Shown here: piece after piece, positions 1 through 9,046 of the stretch | Layout of the letters: each line of letters begins with the position of its first letter | Numbering within the stretch: the stretch's first letter is position 1 | NCBI GenBank assembly: GCA_038844785.1 | Contig: JAWBRA010000015.1 | Coordinates: 1 to 41,429, forward strand | Reading direction: 5' to 3' | DNA from: Candidatus Caldarchaeum sp. | GTDB lineage: Archaea > Thermoproteota > Nitrososphaeria_A > Caldarchaeales > Caldarchaeaceae | Length of the DNA: 41,429 bases | Program-made: the position numbers and the translations under genes | The notes under the pieces: model-generated | What the model was told of the DNA's origin: nothing | Seen by the model: only the letters and a program-made list of their open reading frames with translations | Database searches by the model: none

Positions 1-313
1 CCATCATCGTCCTGATGTCATTCCTAGAGGTCTTTGAAAGCCCAAGCTCCTCACACCTCTCGGCCAGAATGTTCAATCTGCGAAGATACAGAACTTTGAC
101 ACCACGCCTGAGAACCTCTATGAATTCGTCTGTGAGCTCTACGGGAACCGTATCCACGTAGAGCTCGTCACCGTGCTCTGCTGGAATATCAGTTATTTTA
201 GTGGCCTTGTTGAAGTTTTCACCGTCAACACTGTATATGTGATTGTTTTCATCGTTCTTCCTACTGCGGTTCTTGTTCGCCAGCCTGTGAACATCGGCGT
301 AGAACCTTCTTAC
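1..313 (-). CDS. Partial IS110-family-like transposase/recombinase, N-terminal RuvC-like DEDD domain (runs off the window; no canonical start codon)
   Basis: Manual translation of an open frame: VRRFYADVHRL...DELYVDTVPVELTDEFIEVLRRGVKVLYLRRL...LGLSKTSRNDIRTMM. Motif spacing resembles the IS110 pattern (xDV, hhhE, L..G..V.hh, KTD..D). A TTATAAA box and GGAGG precede a GTA codon at 313. Confidence 0.5.
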
Positions 314-360
314 TTCCCTCCCGAGAGGTTTATAAGCCTCTTTTCGGGGTATCTGTCATC

Positions 361-955
361 CTAACTCCTCCCCCTTTTTCAGGAGGCCTGGGCCTTGTCG
401 GAGGCTGGCGGCCTTCCACACCAGCCTCGGCCCCCCTGTCGCTGCATGCGCCGGGGAGCAGGCATCAGCCACCTGTAAACCTGGTGGCCTGGCTTGGGAG
501 GCATGTTCCATCTCCCCTCCCCATGTAGAGATTGGGGGAGGGCGGCCTGCTAGGCCGTGGGAAATCCCCTCAAGCAAGTCACCAGACCGTGGGTGAGAGG
601 ATGTCTTCTGAAACCTCTGAACGTTGTTCTGTGTCTTCGTGTCTCCAGCATCCATCCACACATCCCTCTCTCAAACACATCCATGGTGTCTGGGATACAT
701 GTGTGAATTGGGTGTGGAGAAGGTCGTCCAGCACCGTCATGCTGTCGTCTGTCTCCCTTCCACACGTCTGTCAACCTGGTCAGGCTGTCCAGACGTGTTT
801 GAGGGGCTTCAGCCCCAAGGGCCTACCCGTGCCTCTGCATTCCGCCGGCTCCGGCCAGCCCAGTGGCTGCACCAAGGCCCAGTTTCCAGCCAAACCCTCC
901 CCGCCACCCCACAGCATTTAGGTAGGGGTGGCCGCCTTTTACGGCGGGTGTGGGT
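361..955 (-). mobile_element. Possible non-autonomous IS200/IS605-derived element or large structured ncRNA
   Basis: Subterminal-type hairpin CCGCCttttACGGCGG at ~932-948 and a right-end-like GCCTCCTGAAAAAGGGGGAGGAGTTAG (minus strand, ending at 361). GC-rich interior with many hairpins and no credible CDS. Confidence 0.3.
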
Positions 956-1599
956 GAGGGTTTGTGGCTGTGTTTGGCGGAGGTTTCCTATGCGTTTCGC
1001 GGGACGACCCTTAAGCCTTCACATCCCCTCCCCGCCTGGAGGGGATGGCCTCAGGAATTCAAACCCTTCACGGGACGATCGTCCCGCTCATTACATAGTT
1101 GTTCAACTCACATGGATTTAAGCAGATAATGGTGTTGCCGCTACCGTCCCAGCAACGCTTTAAACATCCTAAACCTGATGGGGAAATGTACCGTGGCGGC
1201 GAAACCCGGGAGAGCCGTGACAGGTTTTGCTAAGGTTGTACTGATTATGCTTAGACGTTTGACGTAAAGCGTCATTATTTTTACACCCCACCTCTGTGGA
1301 GAGGCGAAACTTCAAGGATTTAGGCCCACTTTCAAGGTGTCAAAAATTCTCCAAAACGTACTACCGTAACGCATGGAGAAAACCCTGTGTAGAAAGCCGA
1401 AGCTTACGTGAATCAGGCGCTGTTCCAGACCAACGACAGCCGTCGAACACCACCTTGCCCAAAGCAGCAGAACCCATAATAACACACTAGGCTGTTAAAA
1501 CACGTAGGAAACACCGTAGGTTGTTTCGGTGTTGATGACAATTTTTTACCTCGACAGCTATCTAAAAATATGGAGCAGATTACAACAGTTGTCTAAAAC

Positions 1600-1623
1600 T
1601 ATATAAATGTCAAATGATTGACA
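1600..1623 (+). promoter_or_regulatory. TATA box followed directly by an inverted-repeat operator TGTCAA-N4-TTGACA
   Basis: TATATAAA at 1600-1607; TGTCAA at 1608-1613 and TTGACA at 1618-1623; ATG at 1629. Confidence 0.45.
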
Positions 1624-1628
1624 CCATC

Positions 1629-1964
1629 ATGTTTGTCAGCTTGCTAGGGCTGCTTTGACCGCTGTTCTATTTAGAGGCTAAAGACGGGAGAGAGATTAGA
1701 ATATCCCTATGGGTTGAAGACGGAACACCACATTTCAGCTATGAAGAACATGAGGAAGCTCCAATTTATTCCATCAGGCCGTCAGCCCCATTATGGCAGG
1801 GAGAATGGTATTGTAGCAAATGCAGTCAAACCTTCCCCAACAGGGATAGATGTCCCAACTGCAATAGAGTATTGAGGAAAAAAGAAGAAAGAGAGATAAA
1901 TCAACTATCTGATATCATGGTTAGGCTTCCGTTTTTGATTTTATTGATGGTTTTTGACGTGTAG
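1629..1964 (+). pseudogene. Zn-ribbon protein ORF interrupted by an in-frame TGA
   Basis: MFVSLLGLL*PLFYLEAKDGREIRISLWVEDG...WYCSKCSQTFPNRDRCPNCNRVLRKK...FDV*. Two CxxC pairs; internal stop at 1656-1658. Confidence 0.4.
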
Positions 1965-2098
1965 CCTGCGTTGTTCAGGAACCCTATAAGCTTGTTCAAC
2001 AGATGTTTCTGCTTGTTGAGCATGTATTTTGTAGGCTTGTAGGGTGTTTTGGAGAATTTCGAAATTTTTAAATTCGGTTGGTAGGCATCGGTTGGAGG

Positions 2099-2974
2099 AT
2101 GCAAGCGCTCCATAAACCTCCGTGGATTAAGACACGTCTACCCGGGGCCGGCATGTACCCTGATGTGAGGAGGGTTTTGAGAAAACACAAGCTTCACACG
2201 GTTTGTGAAGAAGCCCTCTGTCCAAATCTAGGCGAATGCTGGGGTGGAGGGACCGCCACAATAATGATTCTTGGAGACATCTGCACAAGGGGCTGCAGGT
2301 TTTGCGCGGTCAAGTCAGGCAATCCTATGGGCTTGCTCGACCAAAGCGAGCCGGAAAACGTTGCCAAAGCCGTGAAGGAGCTGAACCTATCTTATGTTGT
2401 GCTGACGTCGGTCTGCCGCGACGACCTACCCGACGGCGGAGCATCAATCTACGCAGAAACAGTAAGAACTATAAAACAATTAAACAGCGATGTACTGGTA
2501 GAGGTGTTGATACCAGATTTCAACGGAAGAAAAGAACATGTGAAGAAGGTTGTGGATTCCCATCCCGACGTGATAGCCCACAACGTCGAAACAGTAAGAC
2601 GGCTGACACCCTTGGTCAGGGATAGAAGAGCTTCCTTCGACCAGTCGCTAACAGTGCTAAAGACTGTTAAAGAACTTGACAGCAGCATCTACACAAAGTC
2701 GTCAATAATGGTGGGTCTCGGCGAGACGAGGGAAGAGGTTGTCGATGCCATGCGCGAGCTGAGGGCGGCTGACGTAGACTTCATCACAATTGGACAGTAT
2801 CTAAGGCCTACTTTAAACCACTTACCTGTTGTCGAGTATGTCCACCCCTCTGTCTTCGATTTCTACAGGCAGGAGGCTTTGAAGCTTGGGTTCAAGTACG
2901 CTGCCTGCGGCCCGCTCGTAAGAAGCTCCTACAGAGCGGGTGAGTTTTACGTCAGAACGGTTTTGGGGAGGTGA
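2099..2974 (+). CDS. lipA: Lipoyl synthase (radical SAM)
   Basis: [12 protein letters not shown] auxiliary cluster motif, CTRGCRFC radical-SAM motif and C-terminal VRSSY; GGAGG directly before ATG 2099. Confidence 0.96.
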   Translation: MQALHKPPWIKTRLPGAGMYPDVRRVLRKHKLHTVCEEALCPNLGECWGGGTATIMILGDICTRGCRFCAVKSGNPMGLLDQSEPENVAKAVKELNLSYVVLTSVCRDDLPDGGASIYAETVRTIKQLNSDVLVEVLIPDFNGRKEHVKKVVDSHPDVIAHNVETVRRLTPLVRDRRASFDQSLTVLKTVKELDSSIYTKSSIMVGLGETREEVVDAMRELRAADVDFITIGQYLRPTLNHLPVVEYVHPSVFDFYRQEALKLGFKYAACGPLVRSSYRAGEFYVRTVLGR

Positions 2975-2978
2975 TTCC

Positions 2979-3953
2979 ATGCCGTTGCTAAACATGGCTC
3001 AGGCTCTTAACATGGCGTTGAAAGAGGAGATGCAGCGGGATGAAAGGGTTGTTGTGCTGGGTGAAGACGTTGGAAAACGGGGCGGGGTCTTCCTGATAAC
3101 GGAGGGCCTTTACGAGATGTTCGGCCCCGACAGGGTGATAGACACTCCTTTGTCCGAGGCTGCGATAATAGGTGTTGCGGCTGGAATGGCCATGAACGGT
3201 CTGAGACCCGTGGCCGAGATACAGTTCGCTGACTTCATATTCGGCGGGTTCGACCAAATAGTGTCCAACGTGGCTAAAATCAGGTACAGGACAGGAGGCC
3301 AGTTTTCGGTCCCGTTGGTGATCAGGGCTCCTGTTGGAGGTGGGGTTAAAGGAGGCATGTTCCACAGCCAAAGCCCTGAAGCCTACTTCATCCACACACC
3401 TGGACTCAAAGTCGTCACACCGTCAACGCCTTACGACGCCAAAGGACTCCTCATATCATCCATTAGGGACGAAGACCCTGTGATATTCTTCGAGCCAAAA
3501 AGAGTATACAGAACAATCAAGGAGGAGGTTCCCGAAGGGGAGTACACGGTCCCTCTTGGAAAGGCGAGGATAGCGAGAGAAGGGGCCGACGTATCCCTCA
3601 TAACTTACGCAGCAACTGTCCACGACTGCCTCAACGCCGCCGAAAAAGCCAAGAGAGAGGGAATAGACTGCGAGGTGGTGGACCTAAGGACTCTTCTGCC
3701 CCTCGACAAAGATGCTGTCGAAAAGACGGTCATGAAGACGGGAAGACCTATCATTGTTCACGAGGCTCCAAAAATAGGTGGGTTTGGAGCGGAGATAGCG
3801 GCGTTTATAGCTGAAAGGCTTCTGCTAAGTCTTGAAGCCCCAGTTCTACGCGTGACGGGGTTCGACACACCTTTCCCCTTCGCTCACGAGAACCTATACC
3901 TACCCAACGAGTCAAGAATACTCAAAGCAATTAGAAAGTCAGCGTCATTCTGA
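2979..3953 (+). CDS. pdhB: 2-oxoacid (pyruvate/branched-chain) dehydrogenase E1 beta subunit
   Basis: [31 protein letters not shown] and DLRTLLPLD motifs; GAGGTGA SD before ATG 2979. Confidence 0.93.
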   Translation: MPLLNMAQALNMALKEEMQRDERVVVLGEDVGKRGGVFLITEGLYEMFGPDRVIDTPLSEAAIIGVAAGMAMNGLRPVAEIQFADFIFGGFDQIVSNVAKIRYRTGGQFSVPLVIRAPVGGGVKGGMFHSQSPEAYFIHTPGLKVVTPSTPYDAKGLLISSIRDEDPVIFFEPKRVYRTIKEEVPEGEYTVPLGKARIAREGADVSLITYAATVHDCLNAAEKAKREGIDCEVVDLRTLLPLDKDAVEKTVMKTGRPIIVHEAPKIGGFGAEIAAFIAERLLLSLEAPVLRVTGFDTPFPFAHENLYLPNESRILKAIRKSASF

Positions 3954-3962
3954 GGTGTCTCA

Positions 3963-5345
3963 ATGGAAAGTTACGATGCGGTCGTCATAGGAGGCGGCCC
4001 TGGAGGATACGTCTCAGCAATAAGGCTGTCGCAGCTTGGGTTCAGGACTGCGCTCGTCGAGAAAGATATGCTCGGAGGCGAGTGCACTAACTTCGGATGC
4101 ATCCCCAGCAAACATATCATAACACAGGCAAACAAAATATGGGACATCAAGGAGCTGAACTCAAAGAAAGTGGTCTCGTCCTCCCTGCAGGTTAACATGG
4201 CGTCGCTGACCTCGGAGACAAAAGCAATCGTTGAAAGAATCAGACAAGGCATAGCATTTTTGTTGAAAGAATATAAGGTTAATGTTGTCAAAGGCGTGGC
4301 AGAAATCCTGGACCAGAACACGGTTGAAGTCAACGCCATGGAAGGGAAGACTAGGATTGAGACATCTTACATAGTTATAGCTACGGGGACAGAGCCCTCG
4401 GTTCTCCCATCGATACCGACGGACCAGAACAGGGTCATAGATTACAGGAAAGCCTTGTTTTTGGAACAGCTGCCTGGGAGAATGCTTGTAGTGGGAGGAG
4501 GTGCTGTGGGGGTTGAGCTGGGAATGGCTTTCGCAAGGCTGGGGAGCAGCGTTACGGTTGTGGAGGTTATGGACCAGCTTTTGCCCGGCATGGATTCTGA
4601 TGCAGCGAGAGCTGTAAGAAGAAGCTTGGAGAAGAGCGGTGTAAAGGTTTTCCTCAAAACAACGGTCGACTCCTACGAATACTCCGACCATGGGGTTAGA
4701 GTTGTGTTGACAAACGGCGAGTCAGACGAATACGACTACGTACTCGTTTCGGTCGGCAAACGGCCATCAGAATGGGTTAAGAGGTTAAAGGATGTTGGCG
4801 TCGAGCTGGACGGCAAAGGCTTCATAAAAACAGATGAGAGGATGAGGACTTCGCTGGAAAACGTTTACGCAGTAGGCGACGTTACAGGGCCTCCGTTTCT
4901 AGCCCACAAAGCCCACAGGCAGGGAGAGGTGGCTGCTGAAGCAATCGCAGGCATGGATGTCAATTTTGTAAACATAGTTCCCTTCGGCGTCTTCACCTCA
5001 CCCGAGGTTGCTGCAGTTGGTATGAGCTTGGATGAAGCAGCTGCGAAAGGACATGCAGTGCGCTCCGTACGTTTCCCCTACAGCGCGTTGGGGAGAGCTA
5101 TAGCCGACGGGGCTGAGGGCTTCGTCAAGCTCGTTGCGGAAGAGGGGACGGGGCGTATGCTGGGCGCCGTCGTTGTTGGCCCGCATGCGACAGAAGTCGT
5201 CTCATCCATAACACCCTACATCATCCTCAGGGAAAATGCTGAGAAAGCTCTCAACACAATATCTATACATCCAACATACTCCGAGGGCTTCGGGGAAGCG
5301 GTTCACATGCTTCTGAAGAAGGCGATACACTATGTCGTCAGATAA
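3963..5345 (+). CDS. lpdA: Dihydrolipoamide dehydrogenase (E3)
   Basis: GGGPGG FAD-binding motif, GGECTNFGCIPSK redox disulfide, LAHKA and C-terminal HPTYSE. Confidence 0.95.
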   Translation: MESYDAVVIGGGPGGYVSAIRLSQLGFRTALVEKDMLGGECTNFGCIPSKHIITQANKIWDIKELNSKKVVSSSLQVNMASLTSETKAIVERIRQGIAFLLKEYKVNVVKGVAEILDQNTVEVNAMEGKTRIETSYIVIATGTEPSVLPSIPTDQNRVIDYRKALFLEQLPGRMLVVGGGAVGVELGMAFARLGSSVTVVEVMDQLLPGMDSDAARAVRRSLEKSGVKVFLKTTVDSYEYSDHGVRVVLTNGESDEYDYVLVSVGKRPSEWVKRLKDVGVELDGKGFIKTDERMRTSLENVYAVGDVTGPPFLAHKAHRQGEVAAEAIAGMDVNFVNIVPFGVFTSPEVAAVGMSLDEAAAKGHAVRSVRFPYSALGRAIADGAEGFVKLVAEEGTGRMLGAVVVGPHATEVVSSITPYIILRENAEKALNTISIHPTYSEGFGEAVHMLLKKAIHYVVR

Positions 5346-6006
5346 GATTATATTCGTTGACGTAGGCTTGGTCGAGTATCTAGAAGCTTTGAAGCTTCAG
5401 CACGAGCTTGTGGAGAAAAGGGCTGCAGGCAAAATATCTGACACAGTTCTACTGCTGGAACACTATGACGTATACACCCTTGGGAGAAGAGGGTTAGAGG
5501 AGAACATTCTCGACAGATCCATCCCGGTATACCGGGTTGAGAGGGGTGGGGACGCCACCTACCACGGGCCCGGGCAGCTTGTCGTCTACCCAATAGTCAG
5601 CCTCAACGAGAACGGGTTGGGTGTCGCCGAGTTCGTCAAGCTGCTTGAAGAGACATGCATACTACTGCTGGCGGATTTCGGCGTGGATGCCCAGAGGGTT
5701 GAGGGCAAGCCAGGCGTCTGGGTCGCCGGCCGCAAGATAGCGTCCATAGGGATAGCTGTTAAAAACTGGGTAACATACCACGGTCTAGCCTTGAACGTAA
5801 ACACAGACCTCGCGAAATTCCGTGGGATAAGGCCTTGCGGGATGGACCCAGACCTTATGACATCCATGCAGCAGCTACTCGGCCGAAAAATAGAGATGGA
5901 TGAGGTTAAGAGGATTTTTATAAGGCATTTCTCGAGTCTGATGGGGCGGAAAAGGCAGCTGCAGCCGTTGGAGTATGTGGGGTTGCCGAGGGTTGAGGGT
6001 ATTTAA
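5332..6006 (+). CDS. lipB: Octanoyltransferase (lipoate-protein ligase B)
   Basis: LEH..VYTLGRR, RGGDATYHGPGQLVVYP, KIASIG, HGLALN and IRPCG motifs. Confidence 0.93.
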   Translation: MSSDKIIFVDVGLVEYLEALKLQHELVEKRAAGKISDTVLLLEHYDVYTLGRRGLEENILDRSIPVYRVERGGDATYHGPGQLVVYPIVSLNENGLGVAEFVKLLEETCILLLADFGVDAQRVEGKPGVWVAGRKIASIGIAVKNWVTYHGLALNVNTDLAKFRGIRPCGMDPDLMTSMQQLLGRKIEMDEVKRIFIRHFSSLMGRKRQLQPLEYVGLPRVEGI

Positions 6007-6039
6007 ATCCTTATAAAGTATTTAAATAGTTAAAATGGC

Positions 6040-6603
6040 GTGGCAAAAGGCCCTCCACCCAAAGTTGAGATACAGAACGTAGTCTCCAGCGTGACGCTTT
6101 TCCAAAGGCTGGAGCTGGCCCAGATACAGCGTACTTTCCCAGACGTCGAGTACAAGCCGGCTCAGTTTCCAGGTCTTGTCTTCAGGCTCGCCAAGCCCAA
6201 GACGGCGACCCTTATCTTCAGCAGCGGGAAGATGGTTTGCACGGGGGCTAAGAGTGAGGAAGAGTCTATTCGAGCTGTTAAAACGGTCGTCAAAGCCCTG
6301 AAGAAGGAGGGCTTTCTGATAAAGGAGGAGCCGCAGATAGAGATTCAGAACATAGTGGCGTCCATCGACTTGCAGGGGAGAATAGATTTGGAGAAGGCTG
6401 CGGTAACTTTGGAGAATGTGATGTACGAGCCTGAGCAGTTTCCAGGCCTGATTTACAGGATGACGAGCCCTAAGGTTGTGATTCTGATGTTCGCCAGCGG
6501 CAAGCTTGTCTGCACCGGCGCCAAGTACGAAAAGGATGTTTACGACGCGGTCAACAAGCTGCAGGAGCTGCTTGAAGAAAAACAGCTGATAGCCTACGAT
6601 TAG
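6040..6603 (+). CDS. tbp: TATA-box binding protein
   Basis: Two direct repeats: IQNVVSS...YKPAQFPGLVFR...IFSSGKMVCTGAK and IQNIVAS...YEPEQFPGLIYR...FASGKLVCTGAK. Confidence 0.98.
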   Translation: MAKGPPPKVEIQNVVSSVTLFQRLELAQIQRTFPDVEYKPAQFPGLVFRLAKPKTATLIFSSGKMVCTGAKSEEESIRAVKTVVKALKKEGFLIKEEPQIEIQNIVASIDLQGRIDLEKAAVTLENVMYEPEQFPGLIYRMTSPKVVILMFASGKLVCTGAKYEKDVYDAVNKLQELLEEKQLIAYD

Positions 6604-7397
6604 GCTGGGAAGTATTTTCCTAAGAAGGGATATAGCCTCACCGGCTCAAGCCCAAATATCTTTACAGCCAAGGCCGCCGCGAAAAAGCAGGCCGAAACCG
6701 TGAGAAACAGCGCGTCTTTCCTCCCAACTGCGAGCACGCGCAGGCTTGTCCTCTTCTTGCTGGCTCCAAAACATTTAACCTCCATGGCTTCAGCCAGCTC
6801 GTAGGACCTTCTCAACACGTTGACCAGCAAAGGGACTAGTATGGGGATCATGTTTTTAAGCCTTTTCGTGAAAGGGCCCTTGTCAAGCTCAAGCCCCCTT
6901 GCTCTCTGTGCATCCATCACAGCCCTCAACTCCTCAGCCATAACCGGGGTAAACCTTATCGCTGAGACAAAAGCGAAAGTGTACTCGTAGGGCATCCTCA
7001 GCTTCTGAAGCGTGAGAGCTATCTCGTCAGGTGTTGTGGTCAGGAAGAAGAGGGAGAAGGAGGAGAGGAAGACAACAAGCCTGAAGGAATAAGCGAAAGA
7101 ATAGCCTAACGCTGTTGACAGTATAGGCTCGCGTGTATACTGGCTTATGAAGGTTATTAAAAAGACTAGGGAGGCTAGCGGGACAGAGCCTCTGAGGGTC
7201 TTGGACCACAGCCCATGCGCCTTAGCTACGAATATCAAACATGCCTCCCCCAGGAGAAGCATGCCGGTTACAACGATGTCTAAGTAAATGACTGCTGTTA
7301 CCAGTATCATGACTGATGTGAGCAGCTTTATTCTGGGGTCAAGCCTGTGGATGAAGGTGTTTCCAGGCCTAAACCTTAGGCCCTCAAAGATGCTCAA
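6600..7397 (-). CDS. ecfT: ECF transporter transmembrane T component
   Basis: LDPRIKL N-terminus, hydrophobic helices and the AQRARG motif; follows two ABC ATPases. Confidence 0.9.
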   Translation of the reverse strand: MSIFEGLRFRPGNTFIHRLDPRIKLLTSVMILVTAVIYLDIVVTGMLLLGEACLIFVAKAHGLWSKTLRGSVPLASLVFLITFISQYTREPILSTALGYSFAYSFRLVVFLSSFSLFFLTTTPDEIALTLQKLRMPYEYTFAFVSAIRFTPVMAEELRAVMDAQRARGLELDKGPFTKRLKNMIPILVPLLVNVLRRSYELAEAMEVKCFGASKKRTSLRVLAVGRKDALFLTVSACFFAAALAVKIFGLEPVRLYPFLGKYFPA

Positions 7398-8212
7398 GCA
7401 GTCAACACCCTTGCGATGTTTTTTGCAGCCTCTTCGACGTCGAGAACCCTATAGTCTACGCCTAAGTCTTCAAGCCTCTTCAACACCATAACAACTTGGG
7501 GCGGGATTAGAGATGCTCTTTCCAATCTAGGTAGATCGGTTAAGACTTCTTCACATCTGCCGTCGGCGATTATCCTCCCCTTTGACAACAGTATCACACG
7601 CGGCTTCAACTCAGCGACGAATTCGACGTCGTGGCTTGCGAGTATGATGGTTTTCCCCTGCAGGTTCAGCATCTTTATCATGTGCATCATTCTCTCCTTC
7701 TGCAGGCTGTCCTGCCCTATCGTCGGCTCGTCGAGACATATTATGGAGGGGCTCCAAGCTAGGATTATGGCCATGGCTAACCTTTTCTTCTCGCCGCCGC
7801 TGAGCAGGAAAGGAGAGTGGTTAATGTAGGCGTCTAGTTCGAAGAATTTTAAAGCCCATTCAACCCTTCGCCTTATCTTCTCCCCGCTGAAGCCGAAGTT
7901 TTTCAGGGCGAATGCAACCTCATCATAGACTGTTGACTCGAAAAACATGTCTTCAGCGTTTTGGAAAACAAGCCCGACTTTCTGAGACAGCTGGGCCACG
8001 GATGCTTGAGACGTGTCAACCCCCTCCACGACAACTCTTCCTTTAGTGGGCTTGAGAAGACCGTTCATGTGTTTGAGGAGCGTTGTTTTACCTGAGCCAT
8101 TCTCACCCATCAGGGCAACCACCTCACCGTTGCCGAACTCCACGCTCACGCCTTTGAGGGCCTCAACCTTAGAGGGGTAGGTGTAGTGAACATCTTCAAA
8201 AACGACCGACAT
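7394..8212 (-). CDS. ecfA2: ECF transporter ATPase (A')
   Basis: Walker A GENGSGKT, signature LSGGEKK, Walker B LDEPT. Confidence 0.9.
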   Translation of the reverse strand: MSVVFEDVHYTYPSKVEALKGVSVEFGNGEVVALMGENGSGKTTLLKHMNGLLKPTKGRVVVEGVDTSQASVAQLSQKVGLVFQNAEDMFFESTVYDEVAFALKNFGFSGEKIRRRVEWALKFFELDAYINHSPFLLSGGEKKRLAMAIILAWSPSIICLDEPTIGQDSLQKERMMHMIKMLNLQGKTIILASHDVEFVAELKPRVILLSKGRIIADGRCEEVLTDLPRLERASLIPPQVVMVLKRLEDLGVDYRVLDVEEAAKNIARVLTA

Positions 8213-9044
8213 GCTTTTTCACCTCATCTTCAAACTCTTCAGGGCTTAGGCTAACGGCGTTCCAGTCGTGGTGCATCCGCTGCATCAGAAGGCTCAGCCT
8301 AGCCACCCGTGGGAAAGCCACCCCGTATGCATGAGCGTCATAATTCTCGAAGAATTTCTTAGGTGCGCCGGTGTAAACTATTTTTCCGTCAGAGACAACA
8401 ACAATCTTGCTCGCCCTCGCAGCAGCCAAGTCAACCCGGTGCTCCACAAGGACTACTGTCAACCCCAGCCTCCGCCGAATTTCATCGATAAAGTTGAACA
8501 GGTTTACGGCGGACAATGGGTCGAGAAAGGATGTGGGTTCGTCCATTACAACAATACGCGGCCTCATGGCGAGGACGGAGGCTATGGCAACTCTCTGCTG
8601 TTGACCGCCTGAAAGCTCGAAAGGGGATCTATCCCTCAAATGCTCGATCTTCATCAATGATAGAGCCTCCTCAACCCTTTGCCTTATCTCCTCACGTGGA
8701 AGCCCGAGGTTTTCAAGCGGGAAAGCGATGTCAGACTCGACCGAGAGTGAGAAGAGCTGGTTTTGAGGGTTTTGGAAAACCATGCCAACATGCTGCGAAA
8801 GTATGTAGGTTGGTGTTTTATCAACCTCCAGCCCGTCGACCACAACTTTCCCGCTGTATTCTCCCTCGTAGAAATGAGGTATTAACCCGTTGAGACACCT
8901 GCAGAGGGTTGACTTTCCCCCTCCGCTGGGACCTACAACTAAGACAAACTCTCCCTGCTCAACCTCTAAGCTAACGTGTGAGAGCGCGGGTTTTGCGGCT
9001 CCGGCGTATGTGAATGAAAGGTCTTTCACTTCGATTATTTTCAT
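8196..9044 (-). CDS. ecfA1: ECF transporter ATPase (A)
   Basis: GPSGGGKS, VFQNP..QLF, LSGGQQQ and MDEPT motifs. Confidence 0.9.
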   Translation of the reverse strand: MKIIEVKDLSFTYAGAAKPALSHVSLEVEQGEFVLVVGPSGGGKSTLCRCLNGLIPHFYEGEYSGKVVVDGLEVDKTPTYILSQHVGMVFQNPQNQLFSLSVESDIAFPLENLGLPREEIRQRVEEALSLMKIEHLRDRSPFELSGGQQQRVAIASVLAMRPRIVVMDEPTSFLDPLSAVNLFNFIDEIRRRLGLTVVLVEHRVDLAAARASKIVVVSDGKIVYTGAPKKFFENYDAHAYGVAFPRVARLSLLMQRMHHDWNAVSLSPEEFEDEVKKHVGRF

Positions 9045-9046
9045 CC

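Noticed and set aside
361-1090. RNase P RNA or SRP RNA as the identity of the GC-rich block
   Set aside because: I could not find the RNase P GAGGAAAGUCC element or the SRP helix-8 motif on either strand.
1175-1225. Hammerhead ribozyme (CTGATGG...CGAAAC)
   Set aside because: The core should be CUGANGA; here it is CUGAUGG, and stems II and III do not pair convincingly.
173-1490. ORF-track calls 173..364, 356..661, 532..921, 550..774, 624..1121 and 1296..1490
   Set aside because: Mostly mutually overlapping, atypical composition and no motifs; better explained as chance frames in GC-rich or decayed DNA. 173..364 is antisense to the IS110-like frame.
1656-1658. Selenocysteine recoding of the in-frame TGA
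   Set aside because: The TGA is not in a redox or Cys motif, and no archaeal SECIS-like hairpin or sel gene is evident in the window.
1901-2113. 70-aa minus-strand ORF
   Set aside because: Overlaps the lipA start and promoter and the Zn-ribbon ORF; no motif.
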